DNA of 64,000 nucleotides from Mobula hypostoma (Eukaryota), in NCBI RefSeq assembly GCF_963921235.1, contig NC_086097.1, positions 98,458,001-98,522,000 of the forward strand, in the 5' to 3' direction. How positions within the stretch are numbered: position 1 is the first letter of the stretch; the number at the start of each line of letters is the position of its first letter. Made by a program: the position numbers and the translations under genes. The notes under the pieces were generated by a model that was not told the origin of the DNA, searched no databases, and saw nothing but the letters and a program-made list of their open reading frames with translations. Of the stretch, positions 11,422 through 23,785 are shown in pieces.

Positions 11422-12501
11422 CTAGACAATGGGGTGAACCATTGGGGCACCCTTTGAGAGAAGGGTAGTGCAGTCTGATGTGAGCAGAATGAACATTAAA
11501 TTTTTCTGAATGCTATTGGTATCGCTTTGCTTTGGAAACTGAAGTAGAAAACCTCAGTTTATTAAAGAAGAGTGATGCGTAGCAAAGCAAATATAGCTCC
11601 TCCTCATTTAACGAAGGACACTTTTGATGGCATCATTTCTGGTTTATCTGCCACCTTTGTGCCTCGCGTTGTCATTCTGGAGACGTGCAGTCCTTTCATC
11701 CCCCGTCTCCTCATCTCTTCTGCTGTTTGTTGTTTGTCTCTGATCCTGGAGACGTGCATGCCTCTCCTCCTCTGTCTCTTCTCTCATCTTTTTTTGTCCT
11801 GACTCTTTGATCCTGGAGTCGTGCGGCCCTCGCTTCATCCGATTCTTGTTCTCTCCCTTTCCTTGCCACTTCCCGACGACGTTTGGCGCCATCTCTTGAC
11901 CATAATGTCCCCCTTCCCTTTCCACGCAGCATAATCAGGCTGACCATTCTTTTTACCCTAAAGCTGGATAGAAGATACAAAGCACTAACACCAAAGGATG
12001 CTGATTATTCTTGATGATGTGGTTGGCGTTCTCCTAAATGGACGTGATATAGTCACTGCTGTCTTTTGACTGCAGCAAAGGGTTTTATGGGTATCTGGAA
12101 GTATGTCATTAGAATAAGATTTAATTATCTCTTATTGATGGGTGGCAGTTAGATCTGTCCCAACCCTGCACATGCTGATGGTGGGGACTAGCAGAATGTG
12201 GCCCCGCGAACTAGAGCTGCTGGTTATGTACATGTGTCAGGCTGTCGTGTCCCAATTTCCATGATGGCCGGTGGTGTCCTGATTTCCATGATGGCCGATC
12301 GGGTCTCAGGTTAAAAGGGAGCCTGCTTATTTTGGCGAATGAGCAATTTTATATGAATATATAACCCTGAACTTTGCCTGCAATCTGTCAGTTAGCGCAT
12401 TTTAATTCGGTTTAGCCAAAAAAAGTGCTGCTGTAATGCACTGTTTGCGCTAATTGGAGGTCACAAACAGACAGAGCGTGAGAGTTTTAGTAGTATATAG
12501 A
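11422..12501 (-). mobile_element. Non-autonomous Helitron, 1080 bp, both termini present
   Basis: Minus strand begins A|TCTATATACTACTAAAAC and ends with the hairpin CAATGG-ttcacc-CCATTG then TCTAG|T; internal (ARLQDQR)-type repeats resemble a RepHel N-terminus. Confidence 0.85.
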
Positions 12502-12578
12502 TATAGCAAATTAGTTTGTGTTGCCACCTGTGTTCATTCATGTCATATGTCTATCCAGTTTTGTCTTTACTTTTTCAG

Positions 12579-12712
12579 GTCTGTAACCATCCAGAACTAT
12601 TTGAACGCCAAGAGACTAAATCACCTTTTCACATGTCTCTGAAACCTTACAACATTCCGAAGCTTATTTATAGAGATGGGCAGATTAACCACTTCAATCA
12701 CTGTCGCAACAG
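12579..12712 (+). CDS. INO80: INO80 exon: VCNHPELFERQETKSPFHMSLKPYNIPKLIYRDGQINHFNHCRN(R)
   Basis: tttttcag acceptor, AG|gtcagc donor; 134 nt; FRKVCNHP motif spans the junction. Confidence 0.95.
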
Positions 12713-13356
12713 GTCAGCATGAAGGGTCACCTGTCTCCTCTGCAAATCAAGCTAAATGATCACCATTTCAGCACATTAACGTCAATGTTTTTTGCTGCCC
12801 TAAACACCAGCAATTTAACAGGCAGTAACTATGTTAATATTTTTATTTGATATGTAAATGTTCATTACTTTTTTTAATCAACGTTTGGTTAGCAGTGCAT
12901 GAATGACTTTATTGTGATATCAGCTACTTAATATAATCCCTGCATGCAGTTCTTTTCATTAGTCACAAACTAATGAAAGTCTTAAAAAAAAATTCTCTAC
13001 GGATGAAGTTCATCAAAGTCTGCTGTTTTCAAAAGTCTAGCAGCAACTGTAGCTTTAGCACTTTTCCTGATGTTTATAATGCTTGAGTTTCTATGTAGTC
13101 TAGAATTCTGTCTCTTGAATATTATTAAACCAGAGTCTTGGTTTTGGCTGTGGTAGTATACACCCGCATGCCAAAGGATTCAGAAACAGTTTGTCTAAAT
13201 TGTCTAATAATTTGTCTGAATGGAACACTGATTTTGATTACTTGTTCTAGTTTTGAATAGGATTTGGGGTTGGGGTTAGCCTGGGGTTCATTGTCTAGAA
13301 CCTTGTTGCTCTGTTACTAGTTATAGACACATACTGTTTATGTTTTATTTTTTTAG

Positions 13357-13424
13357 ATGGTTACGAGTCATTCTGTCCCCATTTTGTCCAGCTCACATCC
13401 ACCAGTCTCTCTTCCATAGAAAAG
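13357..13424 (+). CDS. INO80: INO80 exon: WLRVILSPFCPAHIHQSLFHRK(G)
   Basis: ttttttag acceptor, AAG|gtaagg donor; 68 nt; phases fit both neighbours. Confidence 0.92.
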
Positions 13425-13525
13425 GTAAGGCTTTGGAGAGAAGGTAAACACTTTTTTTTTCCCTTTAAGGCCTTGATTGTTGAATGATAGAATTCTAAAG
13501 AGGTTTTTGTTTTGTTCCTGCCCAG

Positions 13526-13619
13526 GGAATGATGAAGGAAATTGCTTTTCTTTTCTGCGTTTTATAGACGTTTCGCCTTCAGAAATGTCAAATATCATGC
13601 TTCAGGGGATGCTTGCAAG
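13526..13619 (+). CDS. INO80: INO80 exon: NDEGNCFSFLRFIDVSPSEMSNIMLQGMLA(R)
   Basis: cccag acceptor after a 101-nt intron, AAG|gtgagt donor; 94 nt; FSFLRFIDxSP is typical of INO80. Confidence 0.94.
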
Positions 13620-14689
13620 GTGAGTGCAGGGGTTAATATAGATTTGGTTATAAAGCTGTATTAGTATATTTGCTACTTAATGCTCATTGTATGTGGTAAT
13701 TAAAATTATCTATGCACAATTACCTGGACTTGTATTGTTCTCAGCCACCTGAAGAATTTACCGTAGTCCAATGAGGAGAGTTTGTTCACAAAATAAATGT
13801 CAGAAATGAGACTTTCTTGATGAAGCTGCAGCAGAGAATTGCTAACTAAACCTAAATGTTATGAGGGAGCTATGGTTCAGAATAAAGCTCTGCAGTTCTG
13901 TCACATTCTTTTATGAATGGTAATGGCTAACTATACGATGTGACAAAAGAAGGCTAAATGGATTGTCCCGCTATGAATGAGTACAACCATCTTCAGCCAG
14001 GTAGTGAATAATCCATTTTCATCTCTTATTATTTTCGTTATCAGAACTGCTCTTGGGTTCATTCCTGTGTGGCTATGGAGAATAAAGAAAGATGGTTGTC
14101 GTAATAGGGGGCTATTTAACTCGAGCCGAGATGTCACTGTGGCACACACAGGCAGCTTCCTCGGTCCCTTCATATTAACTTCATCAGTGACCTTTCCTCT
14201 GTGTGGGAAAGTCTGCTGGTGATTCTTGTGTTGCAACTCCAGAGAATTCATTCATGCTGATGTAATTAATGTTGGACTGGAAAGTGGCTTCTGTAGCAAA
14301 TGTAACTCCATTGCTCAAGATCGCAGGGAATCAGAAAACAGTAAACTATAAGCCAGTTAACCTGAAGGTGTCATCGGTAAAATGCTGTAGTTATCGGAGG
14401 AGATAATATGAGGACATCTAAAACATTATAGGTAATCAGAGTCAACATGGCCTTGTGGAAACCAAGCTATCATTTCAAATTATTTAAGAATGGAGGAAAC
14501 CGGTGCATGAAGCAGATGAAAATCAATTGTAGACACTGAAAAGACGAACTAAAAATAAAAAATGCTGTAAGCATTCAAGCCAGGCAACAACTGAAATGAA
14601 ACTTAATGTTCATGTCAAAGGTCACTTGTTAGAATTGGGAAGGAAAACCAAAATAACTACTTAGCCCTGAACTGATTTCATTTATTTCC

Positions 14690-16330
14690 TGCACCCTTAT
14701 ACTCACCCCACCCCACTTCTGGAAGATCAAGGGAGAGTTTCCTTGGTTCTCACCTACCACTTCATTGGCCTCTGTACTTAACTGCTCTTTCCTTTACAAT
14801 TTCTACTAGGTGTCATCTTTCTCCCCCTTTATTTGAGCATTTTGAGGTCCTTGTCTGCTCTTCTGCTCCCAGTAACCACTTTGCCATGCTTCTATAGGAG
14901 GTGGAACACTTATCCATTCATCTCTTCCTTTCCCAGCATCCAGAGACCTAAACAGCTATTTATTTGTATTATTTCTAATTTTGTGTATTGCATTTAATAC
15001 GCTGTGCAATCATCTGGACATTGGAGAAACCAAACACAATTCAATAGCTACTCTATGGAGCACCTGTACTCAATTTGCAGGGGCGACTATTCGTGTTCTG
15101 TTACCTGTTACTTCAGTTTCCCACCCCCATTCCCACTTGACCCATTACAGACCTTTTGTATTGTTAAAGCAAATTCCAGTGCAAGCTTGAGGAACAGTAC
15201 ATCACAGGAGAAGATGGCGGCGTGACGCAGCACGCGCGGCCTCTCTGGTGAATGATATCTGTAATCTGTCAAGTAGGGTACCATGCACAATTCTGATTTG
15301 ATGGAGACAGACGTGAGAGTACAGAGGAACATCTGGAGAAACTTCTGAAATGCCCACTTCGCTGCCGCTGCTACTGTGTGGTAACCGGAATCTCTGGAGC
15401 AGAAGGCCCTGAATCCTCGGCTTTGCTTGTTTCGGCGGCCGGGGCGAGGTCGAAGGGGCTCAGCAGAGGATGGCGCTCGGGAGGCTGTATCGGAGGCTTG
15501 AAGTTTTCAGATGGACGGACTCGGTGTCGGCTGCGGTCGGGTGCTTCCAATGCATTGGCAGTTGTCGGTGTCTGGAGGTTTATGGCAGGGACTTTCTCCC
15601 TTTTGCCGCCTGCTGTTGGTGACTTGGGAGTCGATTGGGACTTGAGACTTTTTCTTTTTACCGTGCCCATGGTCTGTTCTTTATCAAGTTATGCTATTGC
15701 TTTACACTGCTATAACTATATGTTATAATTATGTAGTTCTGTCAGTGTTAGTCTTTGGTTTGTCCTGTTTTTCTGTGATATCACTCTGGAGGAACATTGT
15801 ATCATTTCTTAATGCATGTATGCATTTCTAAATGACAATAAATGAGGACTGAGTGTTCTCATAATCTAATCATTTTCAGTTTAGATGTATGGTAATTTTA
15901 ATTCAATATTGAGATCTAAAACCAAAATTAACTTGCTTTCTTTGTCCTCTCAGCACAGGCCATTTCTGCCAATTGTTTGTGAAACTGTCTCAGCTTTGCT
16001 TTTTCCATGAGCGCAGAATGATCTGAACATGGCCTATGCCCTATGTTTTGCATTCCTTTGTTTGTATTAACACTCCCATCAACCCATGGCTGTATAGCTT
16101 ATCTCCATGATAACTGTGGCTTCACCCTATCACATACACCTTTGTCCAACCTATCCCCCTCCAACATTCTCTGCAACTTAAAACCAACTTGTTTTCTGTC
16201 ATTCTGTAATTCTGGCTTGATTTTGACCTGAAACAGTAATTTGTTTTTCCATCGATGCTGCCTGACCTGTCTCCAGTATTCGCCATGGGCAAAGGAGAGC
16301 AAGCAGATGTAGTATTTTTGGATTTTCAGG
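14690..16330 (+). mobile_element. Degraded Penelope-like element fragment, interrupted by the 15206-15871 insertion
   Basis: GIY-YIG-like remnant (acattggagaaaccaaa), gcttgaggaac...attttcag, and a gatgctgcctgacctg terminal motif. Confidence 0.6.
15206..15871 (+). mobile_element. Non-autonomous retroposon, copy 1: GC-rich head AGGAGAAGATGGCGGCG, (TAATC)n tail
   Basis: Colinear with 55180-55855; tail aatgacaataaa...ataatctaatc. Confidence 0.8.
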
Positions 16331-17116
16331 TGGCAGGTCATAAGATTCTACATGAAAAGATATCTGCATTGTAATATTTTGAAATGGATAGGGGAGTGGC
16401 AAGCAAACTGAAAATAGTATAAATGGGTTATTTTTAATTTTCATTTAGTAAACTAGTGTAAGTATGTGGATAAGAAGTTGGCAGAGGAGAATGAGAAAAT
16501 GTGAGGCTATCCAATTTGTAAGGAAGAATGAATTATTTAAATGAAGTATTGCAGTAAAGTGTTCCTATACACAAAACACAGGATTAACATGGAAGTACAG
16601 CAAGTAATTAGGAAGGCGAATGGAAGACTGGAAATTTGACAAATTTAAGTGCTGAGCCAGATTGACAAGGTCGGGTACGGGCTAAATTGAGGCAGCAGGG
16701 CTCAGGCTTGCTGCTCTGCGTGGTTTACTTATCTCTGTGCTGAACTGAGGTTGCGGCCTGCAACTAACGGGCTGCTGGATAGGCTGCAGTGTGACTCGCT
16801 TTGTGGCTGGGACTCACTTTCATGAATTTCAGTTCTGAATGTTACTTAGTTTTTATGGTTTGCATGATTTATTCTTTTGGTTTCCACATTGGGTGTTTGA
16901 CAATCTTTAATGGGTTCTGTTGTTTTTGTGACTAAGATGAATTTCAAGGTTGTATATACTTTGATAGTGAATAAGTTTTGAACTTTGAAGATTAGCCTTG
17001 ATGGCCTAAATTGCCCTTGATATTTGCTGCAATTTAGCAGAGCAGTTTTAAGACTCCATAAAGAATACTGCATATGATTTTAATTACCACATTTAAGAAA
17101 AGATTTTCTTGCATTG

Positions 17117-20100
17117 TGTACCATATAGCCTACTGTATAATATGGGACTATTTTATCTCATAGTAACACGTTATTGAGCATGCGCTGTTAAGTGCGTATT
17201 GATCTATATATATGTTCAGTTCATTTTTAGTTAGTAAAGAACCCTGTTGATTTAGCTCCCGTCTCCAGCGTTTTATTTATAGCTTTGTTGTGTAAACCGG
17301 CCACCTACATAACAAATTGGCGACGAGGTTAATGAACCTGCATCGTATTGGAACGCCGTGTTTTAATTGATAATGACACTCAGAAGAGGCAGAGTGAGGC
17401 CGTGAGTCTGAAAAGAAGCGGGAGTTCAGCCAGCGTTGGGAACGTTGGGAGACCGAAAGACACGGTTGGAGCCACAGCACATCCAGGCGAGACCACAGCT
17501 GGCGCTGAACCCCAGGATTGAGGGTCTGCCTGCCTCAGAAAGGAGATTTTAAAAAAAGGAGCAACACACGCCATCTAGCCAGAGTACGCTTGCGACGCTA
17601 GCAAAAAAGAAGTCACGTGAGTCAAAAAGAAAACAAGGGACTGGGGCTAAGTTAACCAAAAAGGGATAAGTTAACACAACAAGGACAACGTTAATGAAGA
17701 AAAGAAAGCCAACATCTTACTTAGTGTAACGGGCGCAAAAACGTATAGCCTGCTACTGAGCTTGTTAACCCCTGAAAAGCCAGCTGACAGAATGTTCAAG
17801 CAAATAGTAGACACTCTCCAACAGCATTTAAACCTCAAACCTCAAACCGCTGATCATTGCTGAAAGAGTTAAATTCCATAAACGGAATTAGAGCAAAAAT
17901 GAAAGCGTTTCTGAATATTATGCTGAATTGCGCAAATTATCAGAACATCGTCAATTTGGAGCTGGTTTATCAGACGCGTTGAGGGATTGGTTAGTGTGTG
18001 GCATGCACTGTGAAACCAACAGAAGAAGCTCCTGTGTGAAAAAGACCTTACATTCGAGAAAGTGCTAAACATCTCAATATCATTAGAAATAGCTGCACGA
18101 GGTGCTTCCGAGATGCAACAAAAATGTCTGGAATATGCCGCAAATAAAATGTCACTGAACAGAAATGAAGGAAAGAAATGTTACCATTGTGGGAACAGGT
18201 CACATGACCCTGATGATTGTAGGTTTAAAGATAAAGAATGCAGAAACTGTGGCAAACGGGGCCACATTGGCAGAGTATGCAACACTAGTAAACAGCAGAA
18301 AAAGGGCAAAATACAGAGAAACAAGAAACCCCAGAAGGAAAATACAACAATGTGCACAAAATGGAAAAAAAGCAATTCTGGTGAAAATGACTCAGACAAA
18401 AGTGAATTGTCTTATCTGCAACTTCACAGCGTGAAAGAGACAGATGATCAAAGAGTAATAAGGGTCACTCCACAAGTGGCAGGCGTGAGACTGAAAATGG
18501 AGTTGGACACAGGCTCAGCCTCAACACTGATCTCTGTACATGACTACAAATGACTGTTTTCACACATACCTCTGAAATGAACTAAACTACTACTAAAAAC
18601 TTACACAGGACAAAGTATGTCCCAAAGGCAAACGTAAAGTGACAGTGACCCACGGAGGTAAAAACACAGCAACTGAACCTCTATGTACTGAAAAATGGAG
18701 GACCACTGTTGCTGGGACGTGAATGGCTCAGAAAAATTCAGTTGGATTGGCACACCATCAAGGCACTAGATGTGTCAGCAAAGGAGGGCAGCAAGGCTAC
18801 ATCTGAGAGGCTGTCACAAATACTTGCTGACTCTGAGGAAGTGCTCATGAAAGAAATAGGAACACTTCAGGGCATGAAAGCAAAGATTGAGATTGAGGAA
18901 AATGCATGTCTAAAATTTCACAAAGCCAGGCCAGTGCTATATGCAATCCATCCTAAGGTAGAGGCAGAGCTGAAAAATCTGGAGCAGACTGGGGTCCTGT
19001 CGAAGGTGGGTTGGAGTGAATGGGCCACGCCTATTGTTCCAGTGATGAAGAGAACCTCCAGCACAAAACCAGGAAAACCAAGCAAGGTGCGCATGTGTGG
19101 TGACTTTAAAGTGATTGTCAATCCAGTGCTCCACACAGTACAGTACCCCTACCCCGAATTGAGGACATTTTTGCTTCCCTGTCTGGGGAACATTTCACAA
19201 AAATAGATTTGACCCAGGCTTGCCTTCAAATGGAAATCGAGGAAGCATCCAAGAAATACCTGACAATAAATACACGCAAAGGACTTTATCAGTACAACAG
19301 GTTGGTGTTTGGGATAGCATCAGCTCCTGCAATGTGGCAAAGGGCAATGGACCAGGTTCTGCAGGGGATTCCAGGGACTCAGTGTTACCTGGATGACATC
19401 ATTGTCACCGACAAAGATGACGACGAACATCTTTCCAACCTAAAACAAGTGCTCACCAGGTTACGAGAATATGGGCTCAGAGCTAATCGACAGAAATGTG
19501 AGGTTTACAAAAAGGAAATTTCATACTGTGAGCATGTGATCAATAAGGATGGCTTACACATGTCTCAAGACAAGATAGAAGTGGTGCTTAAGGCACCACC
19601 ACCTGAAAATGTGTCTCAGCTGAGAGCATATCTTGGTCTAGTGAACTACTACCACAAGTTCTTGCCTAACCTATCCACAGTCCTACACCCACTAAATGCA
19701 TTATCACAGGCAGAGACACATTGGAAGTGGACTGAGAGCTGTGAGAAAACGTTTCAGGAAACTAAAAGACTCATAACTTCAGACGGGGTGCTCACGCACT
19801 TTGACCCCCCCCCCCTTACTATCCAACTAGCTTGTGATGCCTCGCCCCATGGGATAGGAGCTGTGTTATCGCACAAGTTTCCATATGGCTCTGAAAGACC
19901 AATAGCCTTTGCCTCAAGAATGCTAACTTCAGCTGAATGCAACTATGCACAGATTGACAGAGAGACCCTAAGCCTCGTGTGCGGAGTCAAGAAATTCAGT
20001 CACTACCTGTATGGCCAGAAGTTTACTCTGTTGACTGACCATCAGCTTCTTGTGTCAATCTTCAACCCAAGGAAAGGCATTCCAGTGATGATAGCACAAA

Positions 20101-20722
20101 GGCTACAGCGATGGTCCCTTTTCTTAGGAGGTCACAGGTATGACATCGAACATAAGGAGACCAAGCAACACGGCAATGCAGATGGTTTGTCACGTTTACC
20201 ACTGCCCGCTTCCGAGTTAACTACGCAAATGGATTCAGCAGAGATTTTTCACACAACAATAGTTGAATAATTACCAGTAACAAACATCCTCATTGAAAGG
20301 GAAACACACAATAACCCTACGTTGTCAAAAGTGTATGACATCACGGTAAAGGGGTGGCCAGCGTGGGGTAACACACTGTTTGCAGCCTTCTCAGTGAGGA
20401 AGGAGCAGTTGTCAGTGTGTCAGGGAACACTAATGTGTGGCTCACGAGTTGTGATTCCTCCCAAGTTACATACCAGAGTGCCAGAGGAACTGCACGAGGG
20501 GCACCTGGGTATTGTGTAGATGAAAGGTCTTGCCCGTGCCTATGTGTGGTGGCCAGGAATCGATAAACAAATTGAGGACGTGACCAAGAATATTAGGCGC
20601 GTATTGACCTATATATATGTGTTCAGTTCAGTTTTAGTTAGTAAAGAACCCCTGTTGATCTAGCTCCCGTCTTCAGCGTTTTATTTATAGCTTTGTTGTG
20701 TAAACCGGCCACATACACAATA
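17117..20722 (+). mobile_element. Decayed Gypsy LTR retrotransposon (gag CCHC, PR, RT, RNase H, start of integrase)
   Basis: 5' LTR about 17117-17314; PBS TGGCGACGAG at 17318; CRNCGKRGHIGRVC, LDTGS, YLDD, CDAS; partial 3' LTR about 20592-20722; candidate TSD CATTG; several stops and frameshifts. Confidence 0.92.
19209..20270 (+). pseudogene. Gypsy pol fragment (RT-RNase H)
   Basis: YQYNRLVFG, CYLDDII, LACDASPHGIGAVL, LLTDHQ, NADGLSRLP. Confidence 0.9.
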
Positions 20723-21145
20723 CATTGGAACAGTTCATTGATGTATAATGGAAGATAGACCATGGGAAGGACTTCAGAAGAATGTGAGATAGTCTTACTA
20801 AAACATATAAGACCCCAGTGTCTTTTCAGCAAGAATGTAAGCAACACAGGGTATGCTGCTCAGTCTACAATAATCAAGTGGCTATAATCAAGTGGCTGGA
20901 GGAATTGTCACAGTAATTTTTGTGATCACATGACATTTCTCAATTCACTATTGCTTTCAGATCTTTTATTCATAAATGCCATAACTGGGATTAGAGTACT
21001 TAATGTTGATGGAACTACTGATTGCCGTGACCACCATGCAATTTTTTGTGTGTGTTGCTTGGATTTCCGGCATCTGCAGATTTTCTTGTATGCAGTTTTT
21101 TTCTTTATCTATGTGATACTTATTTCTACTGTTGTCTTTCCACAG

Positions 21146-21311
21146 GTGGTTAGCTCTTTTTTTGTCACAGAAAGCTTCTTACAGGCTCCACCATGTACGT
21201 AGTTGGAGTGAATGTGAAGTGAAGAATCAGGCCCTGAACAGTTCTGATATGATCATGTGGGTTGATTCTTGTACATCTTTCCCCAATGTTCGCAACAGTA
21301 GAACTTTCCAG
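21146..21311 (+). CDS. INO80: INO80 exon: WLALFLSQKASYRLHHVRSWSECEVKNQALNSSDMIMWVDSCTSFPNVRNSRTFQ
   Basis: ccacag acceptor, CAG|gtgaga donor; 166 nt. Confidence 0.93.
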
Positions 21312-21833
21312 GTGAGATTATATTTTGCATTACATTAACACTTTATAAACAATACTTATTAAAAGGACCTTGTCAGAGTTGCTATCAAGAGGGAGAGTGA
21401 GAAAAGGGTGGGGGGTTGGGGGGAGAAGAGTTTCAGACTATCTGCCAAGCAAAGTGTGAGTCTTAATTGTTCAATCATTTATTTGATCTACAAGAATATT
21501 AAAGGACTTCTCATTTCCTCTTGCAGCCATTTCCTTTCAGCATTTTTTCCACTGTGTATGTTTCTAGTTAGCTGGATTTCCTTTTCTTCACTACTATGTA
21601 TCTGAGGGTGGATGGATTTTCTGTGTCCAAGTTGTTGGGTGGGATACTTGTAATTTTGTGTTCACCAGTAAGAAGAATTTTAGAGAAGCCCTGTGCATTG
21701 GAAGAAACCTGCGGAGTTCATTGGAACCTTGATTCTATGCAACATAACTTTTCAGTAAATATAACCTGTCTGTCAGTGGTTGTTTAGGGTGTTACTGATA
21801 CTGATTCCACAAATGGTCTGTTCTCTTCCACAG

Positions 21834-21974
21834 GATCTTTGTTTTACTGGCTATTGCAAAGCATTTATCAGCCACAATCATCACCGTATCCATCGACGGA
21901 AATCTGCTACCTCAACCGTCCGCCACAGTCAGCCTACAGAAATGCCAGCCTTCCTGTACAGCAGCATTCCCAGG
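21834..21974 (+). CDS. INO80: INO80 exon: DLCFTGYCKAFISHNHHRIHRRKSATSTVRHSQPTEMPAFLYSSIPR
   Basis: ccacag acceptor, AGG|gtgaat donor; 141 nt, phase 0-0. Confidence 0.92.
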
Positions 21975-23785
21975 GTGAATAATTGTTTATCCTTTTCAAC
22001 TTTCATTTCTGTGGTCACATGGAGAGGAAGTTTAGTCAGAAGCCTAATCTATTTCATCAACTCAAGCCGTAGGACTGGAGTATTGCGCACTTGAGAGAAC
22101 TTTGAAGAGGGCTGCATATGGGAGTGATGCTTGCTACTTCCAAGCATAGGAAGAGGTGAAAGTAGAAGTGTACCTAAGTCAGTACTGCACCTTCTTAAAC
22201 CTTTTCCCTTTGGGTTTCTGCCCATCTTTCTTGCCTGCCATCCTGAATCCCCAATCCTTGCTCTACTAACTCTCACTCAACTCCACAGTACTCCTGTTCA
22301 CCTCAATTTTCCTTAACCCACCCAACAAATCATACTATGATGGTGCATTGTAGATGGAGTTTTATTAACAAGTGTGTTTAAGTCTTTAAAAAAAAGTGCT
22401 TGAATTTGATGGTTGGAAGTGTAGCATCCTCGTACAACAGTAAGATTTCCAAAACTGATGAGCATGAGATCACCAGAAAGTGCAAATTTTACATATTCTC
22501 CACTTTTGCTTGTTGAAGCAATAAGCACTTTTTAAAATATTCAGTAATAGTTATTTCTTCTATGGTCAAAGAATGAACTTCATGGGCAGTCAGATGAATT
22601 AGCTTCTTTACCATAGCTGTATTTTCAGGGTTTCAGGTCTATTAATTGTTTATTTTCTTTTGATTGACTCAAAGCATAGGTTATAGTAGGAATTCCTGTA
22701 ACACTGTAAATGCTGGGCTTAAAGGAACCAGTGAGTCAGCTGGATTTTATATACTTGAGTCAATGTGATTTGTATTTTGACATCATAGGCAATATTTTTT
22801 TTCATTGCTGCTTCTAATTTTTACTGACAAACTGTTGTATTCTGCAGCATAGACTTCAGATGAAATTGATGTCTACAACTAATGGGCCTGTTTTTGACCT
22901 TGTCTGTTCTAAGGAGCAGTTGGGTTACTGTCATAGAGGATAGAATGAAAAGCCCATCAAATAGGATCTTGTTCAGGTTAACAGATAGCAATTAAATCCT
23001 GGTGCTATCAGTCCCTGGATCTGTGAAGGACGGGAGAAGGAGTGTTATGGTAATAACTGAAGCTGGCTGCAATTCAGTTTTTGTGATTTCTGTCCATTAG
23101 GTTAAGTATTTGCAGCTTATGCATAGCTGTTCGCTCAGCAGATTTTTCTGTGCCAAAATTTGCTCGAGTGGAGCCGTCCATATGCAGCAGTGTGATAAAT
23201 TAGAGTTTGAGGTTGTGCCAAGAAGAGACTATTTCAAGCTCAAATATAAATGTACACTTTAATTTTTTAAAAAAACTGGGAACACAAACTGCAATAACTG
23301 TTTGGATTCAGGTGTGGTGCATGTAAAAGCTGGTGTAAAGGCAGGGCTTTGACCAGAGTTACTGCTGGAGTCACAGCCAGTGAAGAGGGATTCACATTAT
23401 TAGTTTGAATCTTCAACTTGAGTAATCAACTGTGTCATGTGAACTTCAAACTTTATTGTGCGATGGCTCTGCTGAATCTAACTTCAAAATCTGACATACC
23501 CAAAAAACTGCATCTTAACTCTGACAGTTACTATTTGTTGCATAAAATTTCCACTGATTTTATGAAAGTAACTTCCTAGGAAGTCAACAAATCTGAGGCC
23601 ATGAATGTAAATCCGCTGATCTTGAGAATTTGTGATGCATTGCAGAAAGGAATTGTATTCCACTTAAAATTGTGTTTCAGCCTGTTTGCAATTGATGAAA
23701 TGTGAAGTACCTTGTCTTTGGAAGGTCTGCATTTTAACATTTTTCTTAGTAGGTGGTGGCTGTAATGATTAAGGTATAAAGATAC

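Noticed and set aside
13425..13449. Second donor-like AAG|GTAAAC 19 nt downstream of exon 13357-13424
   Set aside because: It would shift the frame, the upstream GTAAGG is the better match, and there is no evidence of use
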